Assembly: GCA_951406725.2 (NCBI GenBank)
Contig: OX597828.1
Span: forward strand, 64,170,001-64,234,000
Length of the DNA stretch: 64,000 nt
Direction of reading: 5' to 3'
Source of the DNA: Octopus vulgaris
Taxonomy: Eukaryota
Below, piece after piece: positions 25,279 through 37,904 of the stretch. Below the pieces are notes generated by a model, which worked only from the letters and a program-made list of their open reading frames with translations, did not search any database and was not told the DNA's origin. Numbering within the stretch: the stretch's first letter is position 1; every line of letters starts with the position of its first letter. The translations under genes and the position numbers were made by a program.

Positions 25279-26517
25279 GGTGTCCCCAAAATATGTATAC
25301 ACACTTTAGCAGCTGATAACACGATGGGTTTTTTTTCTTTCCGGATGAAACCCAGTGGAATTAATGATGGCAGATAGACTAAGCTTTGAACTAAGGAAAT
25401 TCATTCTAAATTGCTACTGGATGTATGAAAACGCAGTTGAAGTGCAAAGACAGTTTATGGGGGAGATTCAAACAGATCCACCAATGTGACTTGCCACCAC
25501 CCAAATTAGAGATAAGTTTGAACCCAGTGGAACTGTTCAGAATGTTCACAAGAAGCGTTTCAGAAGACCACAGCGAACATCGACAACCCCCACAAACCAA
25601 GAAGGAGTGCTGGAAACGTATCACCAATGTCCAAGAAAATCTATGCGGCAAGTGAGTCGTGAGGTAGGTATGTCAAAATCGTCTGTCCAACACATTTTGA
25701 AGCATTGTCAATGGAAAAGTTACGTTCCAAGATTAGTCCATGCTTTTAATGATGATCCAGTCCGAAGAGTGCAGTATTGCAGGTGGTGCTTGGCACGATG
25801 TGTAGAAGATGCACACTTTCCAACAAAGATTGTGTGGAGTGATGAGACCACATTCAAATTAAATGGTTCAGTTAACCGCCAAAATTGCACCTATTGGGGA
25901 CATGAGAATCCGCATGTTATGGTAGAACACCATGTTACAGTATGGTATGGCTTATCATCAAGAGGATTAATTGGACCTTCTTTTTTATGCTACCTCGACT
26001 GGTCCCATTTAGTTGAACTTGCTGCAACAGTCTGTCATGCCAAGCATTAGAGAAGACTTTGAAGATGAGGAATTTTGTCTTCAGCAAGATGGGGCACCTC
26101 CACACTACCATCACGATGTTAAATCCTTCCTTGATGAGATCTTGCCAAACAGGTGGATTGGACGAAGGGGTTTTGATGAATATCCTTCACGTTCACCAGA
26201 ACTTACACCCCTAGACTTTTTATGGGGATACCTAAAAGACAAATCCTACGCTATGAAACAGTCACTGATTTGAGAGCAACTATTGAACGAGAATGCATAT
26301 AAATACCAAACGAATTGTTTCGTGATGTTTGCGATTCCATTGCTTCACGTTGTCAGCAGTGTCTGGACCATAACGGGCGTCAGTTTGAAAACAGTTGTTG
26401 ACAAAACAATAAAATTATGTCTGTAGATTCCATTAAATTTTGGAAACGAAACGTATTTTAATAAACACCTACTTTACAATTATTTAAAGTGTGTATACAT
26501 TTTATTGGGACACCCTG
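25276..26517 (+). mobile_element. full-length Tc1/mariner element, DD41D (rosa/Visitor-like); transposase frameshifted
   Basis: TIRs CAGGGTGTCCC..AAA.ATGTATACACACTTTA at both ends with TA flanks; ORF fragments [20 protein letters not shown] and SPELTPLDFLWGYLK, with 41 residues between the second and third D. Confidence 0.92.
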
Positions 26518-26569
26518 TATATATGTGTGTGTGTATGTGTGTATACTCAGACACTTTCCACAAGCCTGC

Positions 26570-26685
<116 letters not shown>

Positions 26686-27089
26686 ATCCACACACATGCA
26701 TGTGTGTGTGTGTATGTATATGTGCAAACACGTATAAAAGTTATACCGCAATTGGTAGCCTATAATATCCTTGTTCTCTAACAAGTCAGTCACTAAATTT
26801 TTGACGGTGTAAGTGGAAAGGGCGTGTCTGTAAGTTGATGGGGAACAAATACCACAAGTGCGTTTGGTTGATAAACAGTGTTTTTTTAATGTTATTTCGA
26901 TGTAACGCATGTATGCGTAACGCACAAAACACACACACACCTATATACATACATATGTATATTTATGCTTGTGTATATGTATATATATACACATACGTAA
27001 TTACCTATACACATATATACACGTATACATACACAGCCACAAATACACATACACACACACAATTCTGTTAACAACAAAAATAATTAACA

Positions 27090-27480
27090 ATATTCTCCAT
27101 CAAAACGTCTAACTCCCTACCCACAATTATAAAACACATCGAAGCTAATATTAGCAACAAAATATCAAATCTCTCATCCGGTAAGTAAGTAATAAGCATG
27201 CTTTTCCACACTACAATGCAGAATATGCATGTTTTCAATAACAAAAAGAAATACAGAGAGCATTAGATACTAAAAAAAGCGAAATATAGAAGCAAGAAGA
27301 CAGTATGGTATGATCCCCTGTTCAGCATAAATGTATCCCCATGTATATCAAGGAACTGCCTGACATTTATACATACATATTTCACCACTTTATGTAGATA
27401 CTACAAGATATTTTAAAGTAATATGATAATAACATATGTAGCTGTTTTGAACAACATAGACTCACACATCTTCAAGAAAA
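27090..27480 (+). pseudogene. Penelope-like element linker/thumb region remnant
   Basis: Translates SNSLPTIIKHIEANISNKISNLSS and KTVWYDPLFSINV, matching the PLE SNHPP..IK.IP..I..R.S and IIWFNPPYS.NV motifs. Confidence 0.65.
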
Positions 27481-27639
27481 ACCGGAAACACAGCAGCTCT
27501 AGTCGGCCACTAGGAAATACAGTGAATATTTAACAGAAATATCGTTTAAACCGACTACAGTCGTACATGGGAAAATGTACTCAATACAAGATGTGGAATA
27601 TATGTTTTGTAATATACACTTAACAGGATTAGTATCTTC

Positions 27640-28016
27640 CTTGATGCTAGTCGGAGTTTCGTGGTATGGCCGTTTCATCAGGTATCACAGACTGGACGAT
27701 TTTGAAAGTTTATTTTATCCAAGATATAGAACTCTTCGTTAGTTATTACGGCTCATTTAATCTTTGAACATGGATTTTATTGGAGGGCTCAAAGAGGAAG
27801 ATGAAAAAACGCGCGCAGTATTGACAATCATACCCAGGGGAATTAATGTTTAATGCTTTTAAGAGACGACCTCCTTCATACCTTTTAGATAAAACTTTAA
27901 TTTTCATTTTACATTTATCCAATTTGTAAATCAAATAGGGTATATTTAAAAGGCTGAAAGCTGAATGTTTATTTGTGAATATATATCGAAATTAGGTGGT
28001 GTTTCTTGTTAACCTA

Positions 28017-28020
<4 letters not shown>
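27640..28020 (-). mobile_element. Penelope-like element 3' end (GIY-YIG C-terminus plus hammerhead-like motif)
   Basis: Minus ORF ...GYDCQYCARFFIFLFEPSNK resembles the PLE C..C..E..FI..LNK end; followed by CTGATGA...GAAAC at 27642-27687. Confidence 0.5.
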
Positions 28021-28077
<57 letters not shown>

Positions 28078-28080
28078 TAT

Positions 28081-28608
28081 ATATGATTATTCCAAATTAA
28101 TTAATTGATTTCACCCTATATTATTACTGATAACCATATTTCATCCCAGTAAATAACCAAAACATCTTATCCTGGCAGCACGCTGGTGGGAGGAGGTTGG
28201 TGACACAAACTTTCATTCACACTTTGAATTTGGTGATACTGGTAACGGCTTACGCTCGCTCTCATACCATGAGTTGAGGTGATGTCTTCTAGTACCTCCA
28301 AATTTAATATACAATTATTCATAATTGTAGAGTCCTACGCTGAAGAGAAAAATAGTTGGGTAAGACATAATTATCTAATTTTTATGCTTTCTTAAGACTT
28401 AATTTCGAAACGTACGTCCGTAGGTGACTTAATATAGAATGATTGTCGTCATTTCTTTCTCTTTTGCCTGCGTTTGCCTTTTAAGTGCTGTGGTTTTACT
28501 GAGATCTCCCTTTTAAGTAGAAAGAATAGCCATAACTCTTTGACTGCTATTTCTAAGCTCGGTGTGTGGTGAGGCAAATCGTTGCTAAACCCTTAATTAC
28601 TTAGTATT

Positions 28609-28610
<2 letters not shown>
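28081..28610 (+). mobile_element. (TA)n-flanked hammerhead-bearing unit (PLE pseudo-LTR or retrozyme-like)
   Basis: Bounded by (TA)n tracts, carries the intact hammerhead, and its 3' part is shared with 16161-16325. Confidence 0.6.
28334..28424 (+). ncRNA. type I hammerhead ribozyme
   Basis: CCTACG-CTGAAGA-GAAA[52 nt]TTTC-GAAA-CGTACG-TC-CGTAGG. 6-bp stem I, canonical CUGANGA and GAAA, palindromic stem III, GUC cleavage triplet (predicted cut after 28418). Confidence 0.8.
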
Positions 28611-28651
<41 letters not shown>

Positions 28652-28656
28652 ATATA

Positions 28657-28751
28657 TATAATTTGAATGGAGGCAATACGGACGGAAAACTAGAGGAACA
28701 TGACTCATGTTCTTCTAGTTTTCCGTTCGTATTGCCTCCATTCAAATTATA
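28657..28751. repeat. 47-bp near-perfect palindrome
   Basis: Arms 28657-28703 and 28705-28751; two mismatches. Confidence 0.95.
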
Positions 28752-28986
28752 AATTGGAACTTAGCTCAATTTGACACTACAAACACGCACACGCGCACAT
28801 CGGGTGTATATGTACGCATGTACCCCTGCGTGAGTGTTTATGTGGGCGAGGGTGTGGAAATGTGTACACATAGATATACACCCACATATCTTTAGCCATT
28901 TAACACTTTCTCTCTCTCTCTCACACACACATACTCTCCCTCTCTCTCTCTCTCACTCTATACATATATATATATATATATGTATG

Positions 28987-29032
<46 letters not shown>

Positions 29033-29106
29033 TACACTCGTATGTAAGCATATATCGTATTTATACATACAGATATATATGTGCACTTATATGTGTCCAT
29101 ATGTAT

Positions 29107-29188
<82 letters not shown>

Positions 29189-29496
29189 GATGCACACCCA
29201 CCGACAAACCAGCCTGCACACCAACTTGCCCCAATGCCAAATCAACACTTTATTCATTAAGTCAGGTTGATTCTCAAACGAAATAAGTGGAATACTTTGT
29301 CATCTATGTATGTATGTGTGTATGTGTGTGTATATAATATACATGCTATGTATGTACGCGTGTGAGTATATATATGTTTATACAGCTATATATTGATATG
29401 TATGTATCTATACGTATGTATATGCGTGCGTGTTATGCTTGTATATGTTTGTGTGATTATGTAATTGATCACAAGTGTTTGTGTATGTGTGTGAGG

Positions 29497-29546
<50 letters not shown>

Positions 29547-30236
29547 GACTTGTTGTTGGGGGTTGGTGAGCTGACTGGCTGGTTTGGCGACCGGGCTGGC
29601 GGAGAGAGCTGCTGCTCGTATCTATATTTAATTATTGGCATTGTAATTCTTATTTTTTCAGACGCCGTTCGTAATTTTGGTGCTGCCGTTATTGTTGTTG
29701 TTGTTGTTTTTGTTGTTGTTATTTGTTGTTCACTGAAATATATTTGTTGCTGTTGTTGTTGTTGTTGATGTCAGTGGTGGTGGTCGCTGATAAAAGATGT
29801 TTCAAACGGCCTTCTAGTTATTGATGAGGGTTGTTGTTGTTGTTGTTGTTGTTACCGTCTCTGATATGAATTTCACTCATTTATATATGAATCTCATACT
29901 ATTGTTGTTGTTGTTGCTGTGGTCGTTCATACTGTTCAACGATGTCGCTACCCTTGTTGCTGTAGGAATTGTTGTTGTGCTTGAGTTGTTGTTGTTGTTC
30001 TTGCCGTTGTCGCTGCTCTTTTTCTATTTCTTATTGTTGTTGTTGTTGTATTGGCATTTCTTGTTTACTAATTCCTGCTTCTTGTTGTTTTGACATTTTG
30101 TTTATTTTTATAAATTATTCTTTTTATTAATTATATTTTGTCTTTTCTTTTCATAATCCCCCCCCCTGTTCTAAAATCCGTGGGTGAGCGTGGAGAGGGC
30201 GATGCAACCAACGGACGGAAGGTTGATTGTCACATC

Positions 30237-30457
30237 AATAATAATTTTTTTCTACTCTAGGCACAAGGCTCGAAATTTTTGGGGAGGGGGCCAGTTGATT
30301 AGATCGACCCAGTACGCAACTGGTACTTAATTTATTGACGCCGAAAGGATGAAAGGCAAAGTCGACCTCGCCGGAATTTGAACTCAGAACAAAAAGAATG
30401 ATGAAATACCGATAAGCATTTCGCTCGGAGCGCTAACGCTTCTGCCAGCTCGCCGCC

Positions 30458-30458
<1 letters not shown>
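30237..30458 (-). mobile_element. Meta-domain tRNA SINE
   Basis: Reverse-complement homolog of 8656-8886; head abuts (TAA)n(GAA)n. Confidence 0.88.
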
Positions 30459-30504
<46 letters not shown>

Positions 30505-31011
30505 CAGAAGAAGAAGAAGAAGAAGAAGAAGAAGAAGAAGAAGAAGAAGAAGAAGAAGAAATGTGAAGATGATGATTTATTCTATTTGTCACCAGGGCGA
30601 TGGATAAGGGGTACAATATAAAGTCAGACAGAAAATTTGGGGATCTACATAGAATGCAGTGATTAGGGTATAAATGGTAAAAAGCGTTTACAGAAGTAGT
30701 GAATGTGAGTATAGATGGGATGGGGGGGGGACACTAGCAATAACACAAACAATGAGAATGAAACAACAAAAAGCAAAAAGACAAACGACAATGAAAATAC
30801 CATTTACAACAAAAACACCAATAACAATACAAAAGGTTAACAACCTCCCATTCTCTGTTCTGTCCTTCAGACATTCTTCAGATCTTGTTTCACACTTCAA
30901 GCATTGTTAGGCTTTGAGATATAAATGTCTGTCTGACATAACTAAACACACAAACACACATACAAACTCTCACATACATACGCACATACATACAAGAAAA
31001 CCTAGCATACA

Positions 31012-31048
<37 letters not shown>

Positions 31049-31199
31049 AGAGAGAGAGACACACACTAACACACATATATATGTTTGTATGTGTGTGTGT
31101 GTATATATACAGACGCACACACATACGCCTAGCATGTGCACATATTCACAGAACTCACATGTACACATCTACACCATACAGATACACTGGTAAATGCCC

Positions 31200-31490
31200 A
31201 TACACATACACCGGATGAATGAAAAGATGGAAGCAAAGTTAAACATTGCAGGATTTGAACTCAAGCCACCAAGGACCGAGCCAAATACTGAGCTGGCAGA
31301 ATCGTAAACGCATCGGAGAAAAAAATCTTCGCTGAATTTCTCACTCTTTACGTTCAAAGTTAAAATTCCGCCATGTTCGGCTTTGTCTCTTTCGGGGTTC
31401 GTTAAAATAAGTACCATTCGATCACTGGGGTCGATGTAATCGACTTAGCCTCGTCCCCCATATTTCAGGCCTTGCGTCTATAGTAAAAAA
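31200..31490. mobile_element. head-to-head pair of Meta-domain SINE pieces
   Basis: Minus fragment (AAAGTTAAAC...GGATTTGAACTCA) joined to a plus copy (GAGCTGGCAGAATCG...CTGGGGTCGATGTAATCGAC). Confidence 0.65.
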
Positions 31491-31549
<59 letters not shown>

Positions 31550-32649
31550 CACTACTACAATTTTTCTTTCAATTTTGCTTCCATTTCTTGCCGAGTGCAT
31601 AGAAACTCATGGTATACATTGATTGGCCATACATGGGTAGTTGTGGTTCTCGCATCGCCAACGCTCGTGCCATTGTAGACATTGAGCAACCACAGCAGGT
31701 TGTCCAAATTGTATCTAGATAGAGTATTTGTCAGTAGATAAGGATAACGAAGAATGTCCACAGTTCAAACTGATCGGCTACAAACCACAATCTCTTTTCT
31801 TCCAGGACATCACCATGAAAGTTACCAGCTTGCTTTAGAATAATATTCGTGTTTCAAACACATATTTCTCCATCCACCTTTTGTAGCCGTTAGACGCAAT
31901 AAAGATGTGAGAGAACTATTAACCACTACCTCTCATCTCAATAAAAACTTCATTGCACAGGGGCAGATAAATCGCATTTTTGAAGCATTTTCGCAGCGTT
32001 AAGGCCCATAACTTGAAGAGTATCCAGTCGCTTTCCTCTAAATTTGCAACAAACATTAATCAGGTTCCTCGAATTACTGTTGACTAAAAAAAATTCTGAC
32101 GCCGACTATGCCCCTCCTCCAAATGCAGATTAATCAGATTTGAGTATACTGAACTGGGTTCTGTCTTTGTTTTAGACCATTTTCCGACGATACAATATTG
32201 ACACTACTTATGCATTATAAGAAGCGTATAATATTTCCTGGAAACCTTTTTGTCCAATTTGGCAGAGGAAATGAGAAGAACATTCAAATTTTTGTCAGTG
32301 CCCTGTTGATTCTTCATGTTACCATCCCGCGCACCACCGGGCCATGTGCGTGTGTATGCGACTGGATAAAGGCACAGCGAACCCATTCATCCATTCTCCA
32401 GAAGTGCCCTGTTGATGTTTCACGTTTCCAATCCTGCGCAACGCACCATGGCCCGGCAGCATGTCTGCTTTCTATGTCATCCATGTCTCAACTATATAAT
32501 GCAAAATGTTCATACAAAAAAACAAACTGATGTTGTGACTCACAGCCATTTGAGTTCGACCGCGTGACCACTTCCGGAAGCTAGGCAAGCAGTCCCCCGT
32601 GTTCCCTCCCTCCTGTGATCCCTCCCCCATTTAGTCGGACGAGTAAATA

Positions 32650-33132
32650 CAGGGTGTCCCAGAATTAATGATGATTTGAGTGAAATCGGATGCATTTTTG
32701 GAAAAAACTCATCTTTATTCATGTTTAGCATATTAAATATGTGTTACAAGTGTATAAATTTTGAATATTCATTATAATTTTATTTGTATTCCTGTTGGAC
32801 CGCTGTTATTTGTCCATGACAGCTTTTTTTCAATTTGGCAGCAATCCTTTTCTTTACCTTCAACATCAAGATGGTGCAATCGTTTAGCTGAGCTTAAAGA
32901 ACGCATTCAGTCAACAGTGCAGGAGATAACTCCTGAAATGCTTCAGAATTCGTTTCACAACGCTAAGGAGAGATTTGAAGTATGCAGCAGGGAGACAGAC
33001 ATGTTGAACATTTCCAATAAAAGTTTGACGTATATTTATAAATCTATTTGTTTTGGTAATAAACTTAAAATTCTGTCAGTTTATTAAAGATTTGCTCAAT
33101 TTCATTGCAACAGTTAATTCTGGAACACCCCG
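32650..33132 (+). mobile_element. Tc1/mariner-derived MITE (internally deleted)
   Basis: TA|CAGGGTGTCCCAGAATTAA ... TTAATTCTGGAACACCCCG|TA; retains the transposase C-terminus LAELKERIQSTVQEITPEMLQN. Confidence 0.85.
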
Positions 33133-33271
33133 TATGGTGTAGCGTTGTTAGTTGTTGAGTTGCCCGAGTAAATATTAGAATCAAAGGTCTTCTCGCCGTA
33201 AACATCCCCTCTTTTTGTTAAGCATATTGCATCAAGGAGTATATTATCCAAAATGTATTTCTCCTTTATAA

Positions 33272-33380
33272 ACGTGGCTGTGTGGTTTCGAACCATGTCA
33301 CCTTGCGTTCAGTCCCACTGTGCGGCACGTTGGGCAATTCTCATCCATTACAGCTCCGTGCCGACCAACGCCTTGTGTAT
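33272..33380 (+). mobile_element. SINE fragment (third family, GTGGCTGTGTGG head)
   Basis: Homologous to 61895-62052 and 60197-60310. Confidence 0.65.
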
Positions 33381-33533
33381 TACATAATTGCCATTTATAA
33401 AATAACACATACTACTCACTTATTATTGTCATATAATAAACAAACAGAAGTTCATGTATGAATTTGATCTTTTTTCTACTTCAGTTATTACATGTTATTT
33501 TCTTATAAAATACACACATACAGGAGGAGTAAA

Positions 33534-33617
33534 TCTCTCTATATAATAACACTTTGAATGTGTCTCCCGAGAAAGAGTAAAAGTAATAACCCGATCAACG
33601 ACGGGTATTACTGCTAG
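33534..33617 (+). mobile_element. 84-bp mini-Helitron
   Basis: A|TCTCTCTATATAATAAC ... CCCGATCAACGACGGG hairpin ... CTAG|T; canonical A-T insertion site. Confidence 0.7.
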
Positions 33618-35549
33618 TGTTATATAAGTTGAATAGCACTTAATATCATCGACTCCGGAAGCCCGAGAGGCTACGGTCTCGAAGATAATGTTTGAGGAAG
33701 AACAAAAACAATAACATCAGCCATAACAAAAACATTACTGAGTTGAGGATTCTATTCATATTGTTATATATAAGTTATATAAGGTGTCTATATTGTTCCA
33801 ACATATGGTCCACATCTCAGACATCGTTATGCTATGGCGGGGTGTAACTTAAACTTCGTTGCAAACACTGAAAAATTCCTTTTGATATAACAACAAAATT
33901 ATACCAACCGGAGAATACTAAGCTCACAGAAAAATCTCAGAAAAATCTAGATTCCTCTCGGAAACAACAGCAGGAAAAGAACACGAAGAATGTTTTGACT
34001 TTTTTTTTTTCATTTGTAAATCTTTGTTTTGTTTTATTCTTTTTGCGCTTCTTCATTTGTTGCTGAAGATTAACCCATTCTTGGAGCCAAGTGAGAGAAA
34101 AAAGAGAAGAAATTTAATTAAAATACAGATTAAATTTTCTTGTTTTTCACTTGTTCATATATTTTTAGAATCTGGCTCGATTCGGATGGATAGCACGTGT
34201 GTGTTTATATGCATATATGTGTGTGCGCGTGTGTGTGTGTGTGTGCATACATATTTATACGCATGAGTGTGATTTTTAAATATATATAAATGCATATATT
34301 TATAAGTGTGCATATGAGTATGTATGAATATATGTTTTACATACATATATACATACCAACACACACACAAACGCACACACAGACACACACACACACACAC
34401 ACACACAACATAGCAGTGAGTGGAGGAAACTTTGGCGAAACAGTGTATATTCCTCGAAACATTTAATTTTGTAACTTTATATCTTATTTCAAATCTGGTT
34501 GAGATCTATTTTAACTTGTTCCCTTCCTGGGTCGATAAAATATATACCAGTAATATACGAGGATTAGGCTGTGAAAAATCGATATATTTTATAAATGTGT
34601 TAACAGGGGCAAGTTTGGTTATATATGATAGTTAAGAAGACCTCTTTGCATCTTCGTTTTTCTTTTTTCTTTTTGTCTTCGAATCACAACCAAACGTCGT
34701 ACAACCAAACACTGATTCCTGTTGCAAGTTCTGTTTCATCCATCGCTGACAAGGATCTTGGACAATATGAATTGCCAGCTGCAAACAAGAAGTGCAGCTG
34801 GTGCTTAAGAAGTTTTTTTTTTTAAGGCAACCACCTTTAACATTCAACGAATGGAGCAATGTGTTCATCGGAATGAAATATTCTTGTTTCCAGATAAATG
34901 CAAAAGCTTATGCGAGAACCACACAATTGGTGGCGACTAATTCGGGAAGAATACTTTTCTTTGATGTTTCTAGTTTCTTCACAGGCAAACTTGTTTTATT
35001 AATCTGATTTTGGTAAAATATTCATTCATTCAAACTGGTTTCTGTTGTGGCTTCCCCTGCCAATATTCTCTCAGGAGAAAGGGTTGTTCATCTTGCCTTG
35101 AAGGTGCCACTCCATCCGACACACAGTAACAGGCTTGTGTGCAATATTGATAACGGATCTAGACAGACAAGGGTTCTGAATCAGGTCAGGCATAAAGTAT
35201 GCGATCCTGACATCATATTTCAGTCTTACATCTGATGGTCTCGATTGCACCTTACAAGATCTCAGACGTAATGGTGGAATCATTCTGCTGCTCTGAAAAT
35301 TTAAGGCAAATTCTTTCCTTCATATGAAGTGATGGTTCTGATGATGATTTGAAAGCATAATACCTACGTCTAAAACGAGAGGGAAAACGTTATCTTTGGA
35401 GCAACAAGTAGATCGCATTTAATAGCAATGTCTCAGAGGCCCACTTTGCCGATGTTCTCCAGTCATCAGAGGAGACGAAAGTCGACTACAAGTTGACATT
35501 CTAATTAGACTTGGTAAAATATAATAAATAAATTTTAATTGTAATAATC

Positions 35550-35618
<69 letters not shown>

Positions 35619-35620
<2 letters not shown>

Positions 35621-36306
35621 TAGCATGACAGGCATGATAGAGCTGCACAATATATTCACTGGGTAATTTGCAAAAACCTGGATTTGCCCCATGAAAAAAA
35701 TTGGTGGGAACACAATCCACCTCCAGTGCTTCAAAATGACCACATCTCACTCCTCTGGAACTTCACCATTCAAACTGACAGAAAGATAGATGCAAATAGG
35801 CCAGACATCATATTGAAAGACTTCAGACAAAGAACATGCCTCCTCATTGATATGACTATCCCAATCGATATAAACGTATCTGTCAAGACCTACCAAAAAC
35901 TGAGCAAATATAAAGATCTTGAAATAGAAATCAGCAAAATGTGGAACCTGAAGACTAAAACAATACCTGTTGTCATAGGTGCCCTGGGAATGATAGCGAA
36001 AGGGACTGATTGCTACCTAACTCAGATACCAGGAAACCCCAAAATGGCAGAAATTCAAAAGATAGTGCTCATGGGAACTGCTCATATCCTACGCAAAATA
36101 CTCTATGTAATCCCAAGGTTTAAAACAATTTTAAAAAAAAATTATGTATTAGACATTCACTAGTACCACACAAAAAAAAAACAAAAACAAATATATGGCA
36201 CACTAGGCATAACAACAACGTGAACTTCCAACCTGTTGTCTCTTGAGGTCTCTGGGTGAGACTTGGAGCCAACTTGTACAGACATAAAGCCAAAGTCAAA
36301 CATAGA
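35619..36306 (+). mobile_element. 5'-truncated R4/Dong-type LINE (restriction-like endonuclease domain and 3' UTR)
   Basis: ORF RHD...IHW...QTDRKIDANRPDIILKD...LIDMTIP...KLSKYKDL...IPVVIGALG; (TAA)n on both sides. Confidence 0.9.
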
Positions 36307-36332
36307 ATAATAACAACAACAACAACAACAAC

Positions 36333-36380
<48 letters not shown>

Positions 36381-36383
<3 letters not shown>

Positions 36384-36788
36384 CTGAGCAAATATAAAGA
36401 TCTTGAAATAGAAATTAGCAAAATGTGGAACCTGAAGACTAAAACAATACCTGTTGTCATAGGTGCCCTGAGAATGATAGCAAAAGGGGCTGATTGCTAC
36501 CTAGCTCAGATACCAGGAAACCCCAAAATGGCAGAAATTCAAAAGATAATGCTCATGAGAACTGCTCATATCTTACGCAAAATACTTTCTATGTAATCTC
36601 AAGTTTTAAAACAAACATAATTTTCTTATGGTTTCTTAAACATTCTCTAGAACAACACTATGTATAAAACCAAATATATGGCATCCCAGGAATAACACCA
36701 GCATGAACTTTCAGCTTGTCTCTTGAGGTCTCCGGGTGAGACTTGGAGCCAACTTGTACAAATGCAAAGCAAAAGTCAAACATAAAAT
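36381..36788 (+). mobile_element. second, shorter copy of the same R4/Dong-type LINE
   Basis: Highly similar to 35897-36306; bounded by (TAA)n. Confidence 0.9.
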
Positions 36789-36799
36789 AATAATAATAA

Positions 36800-36995
36800 T
36801 AATTTCATATTTTGGCAGAAGGCCAGCAATTTCGGGGAGGGGATAAGTCGATTACATCGACCCCAGTGTTCAAGTGATGCTTATTTTATCGATTCCAAAA
36901 GGATGAAAGGCAAAGTCAACCTCGGCGGAATTTGAACTCAGAACGTAGAATCGAACGAAATGCCGCTAAGCGTTTCTTTCCGGTGCGGTAACGAT
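36800..36995 (-). mobile_element. Meta-domain SINE
   Basis: AAAGGATGAAAGGCAAAGTCAACCTCGGCGGAATTTGAACTCAGAACG. Confidence 0.85.
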
Positions 36996-37005
36996 AATAA
37001 TAATA

Positions 37006-37055
<50 letters not shown>

Positions 37056-37861
37056 GTAGAGAATCCCTATCTACACTTTTCAAGCAATGTTATCGAAAGC
37101 CCATTCTAGCTTCTCGCAGAACGGTGGAAAACCTGATTGGTCTCGTGACTGTGCCACTTTAACTCCAGAAAGTACAGGATATTAGTAACAACCAGGATGC
37201 TAGAAGACATAAATTTGTCGCTATTCTTTATTCTTTAGTCCACTGGTGTCCTTCCTGACAATCTGTAACTGAAATTTTATAACAACTATTAGGATGCTAT
37301 AAAATTTGGATGCACCAAAACTCTGCAACTGTGCAAGATTTGGTGCCAAAACTTTTAGTTCTTATGTGGTCGAAACCAATATTATGACTGGTTGTGCCAT
37401 GAAAAGATATTGTCGTTCCATGTATTCACCTCATACCATCAGAAGACAGAATTTCGGTTGAAGCACATTCAATTTTCAGTGATATTGTCTTGTTCTGTGA
37501 CCCTTAACAAATCTCACTGTCATCAGCGTGTTAGTGGAGTTGAACCTCCAAAGTTTTTTCTAATAGTCAGTCTGCTTGTTGGAGCCGACAAACATTTTTC
37601 TACCATAGCATCAAACTATAGGACAAGAATTCTTGCTTAATCTAGAGTTCTTACTGAATATAACACATTATTTCTTTTACAATTGCTATCTTCTTTTATG
37701 TGTGGCATATAAATTCGGAATTACAAGAAAATATGACTAATCACATAAATAAATTTTTTTCGCAATTCAAATTATTAACATCCACAGAAAAGCTTTGCTC
37801 ATTGTAGAAAACATACAACTTTACAGATGTAACTGCATTTGTGAATATCAATATCTGTATC

Positions 37862-37904
<43 letters not shown>

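Noticed and set aside
31560-32560. Complex sequence that may be old TE coding DNA (also 4215-4790, 14570-15110, 34660-35330)
   Set aside because: No motif I could identify with confidence; left unannotated.
35335-35472. CTGATGA motifs on both strands (TGGAG/CTCCA stem on minus)
   Set aside because: No properly placed GAAA/NUH on the minus strand and no stem II on the plus strand.
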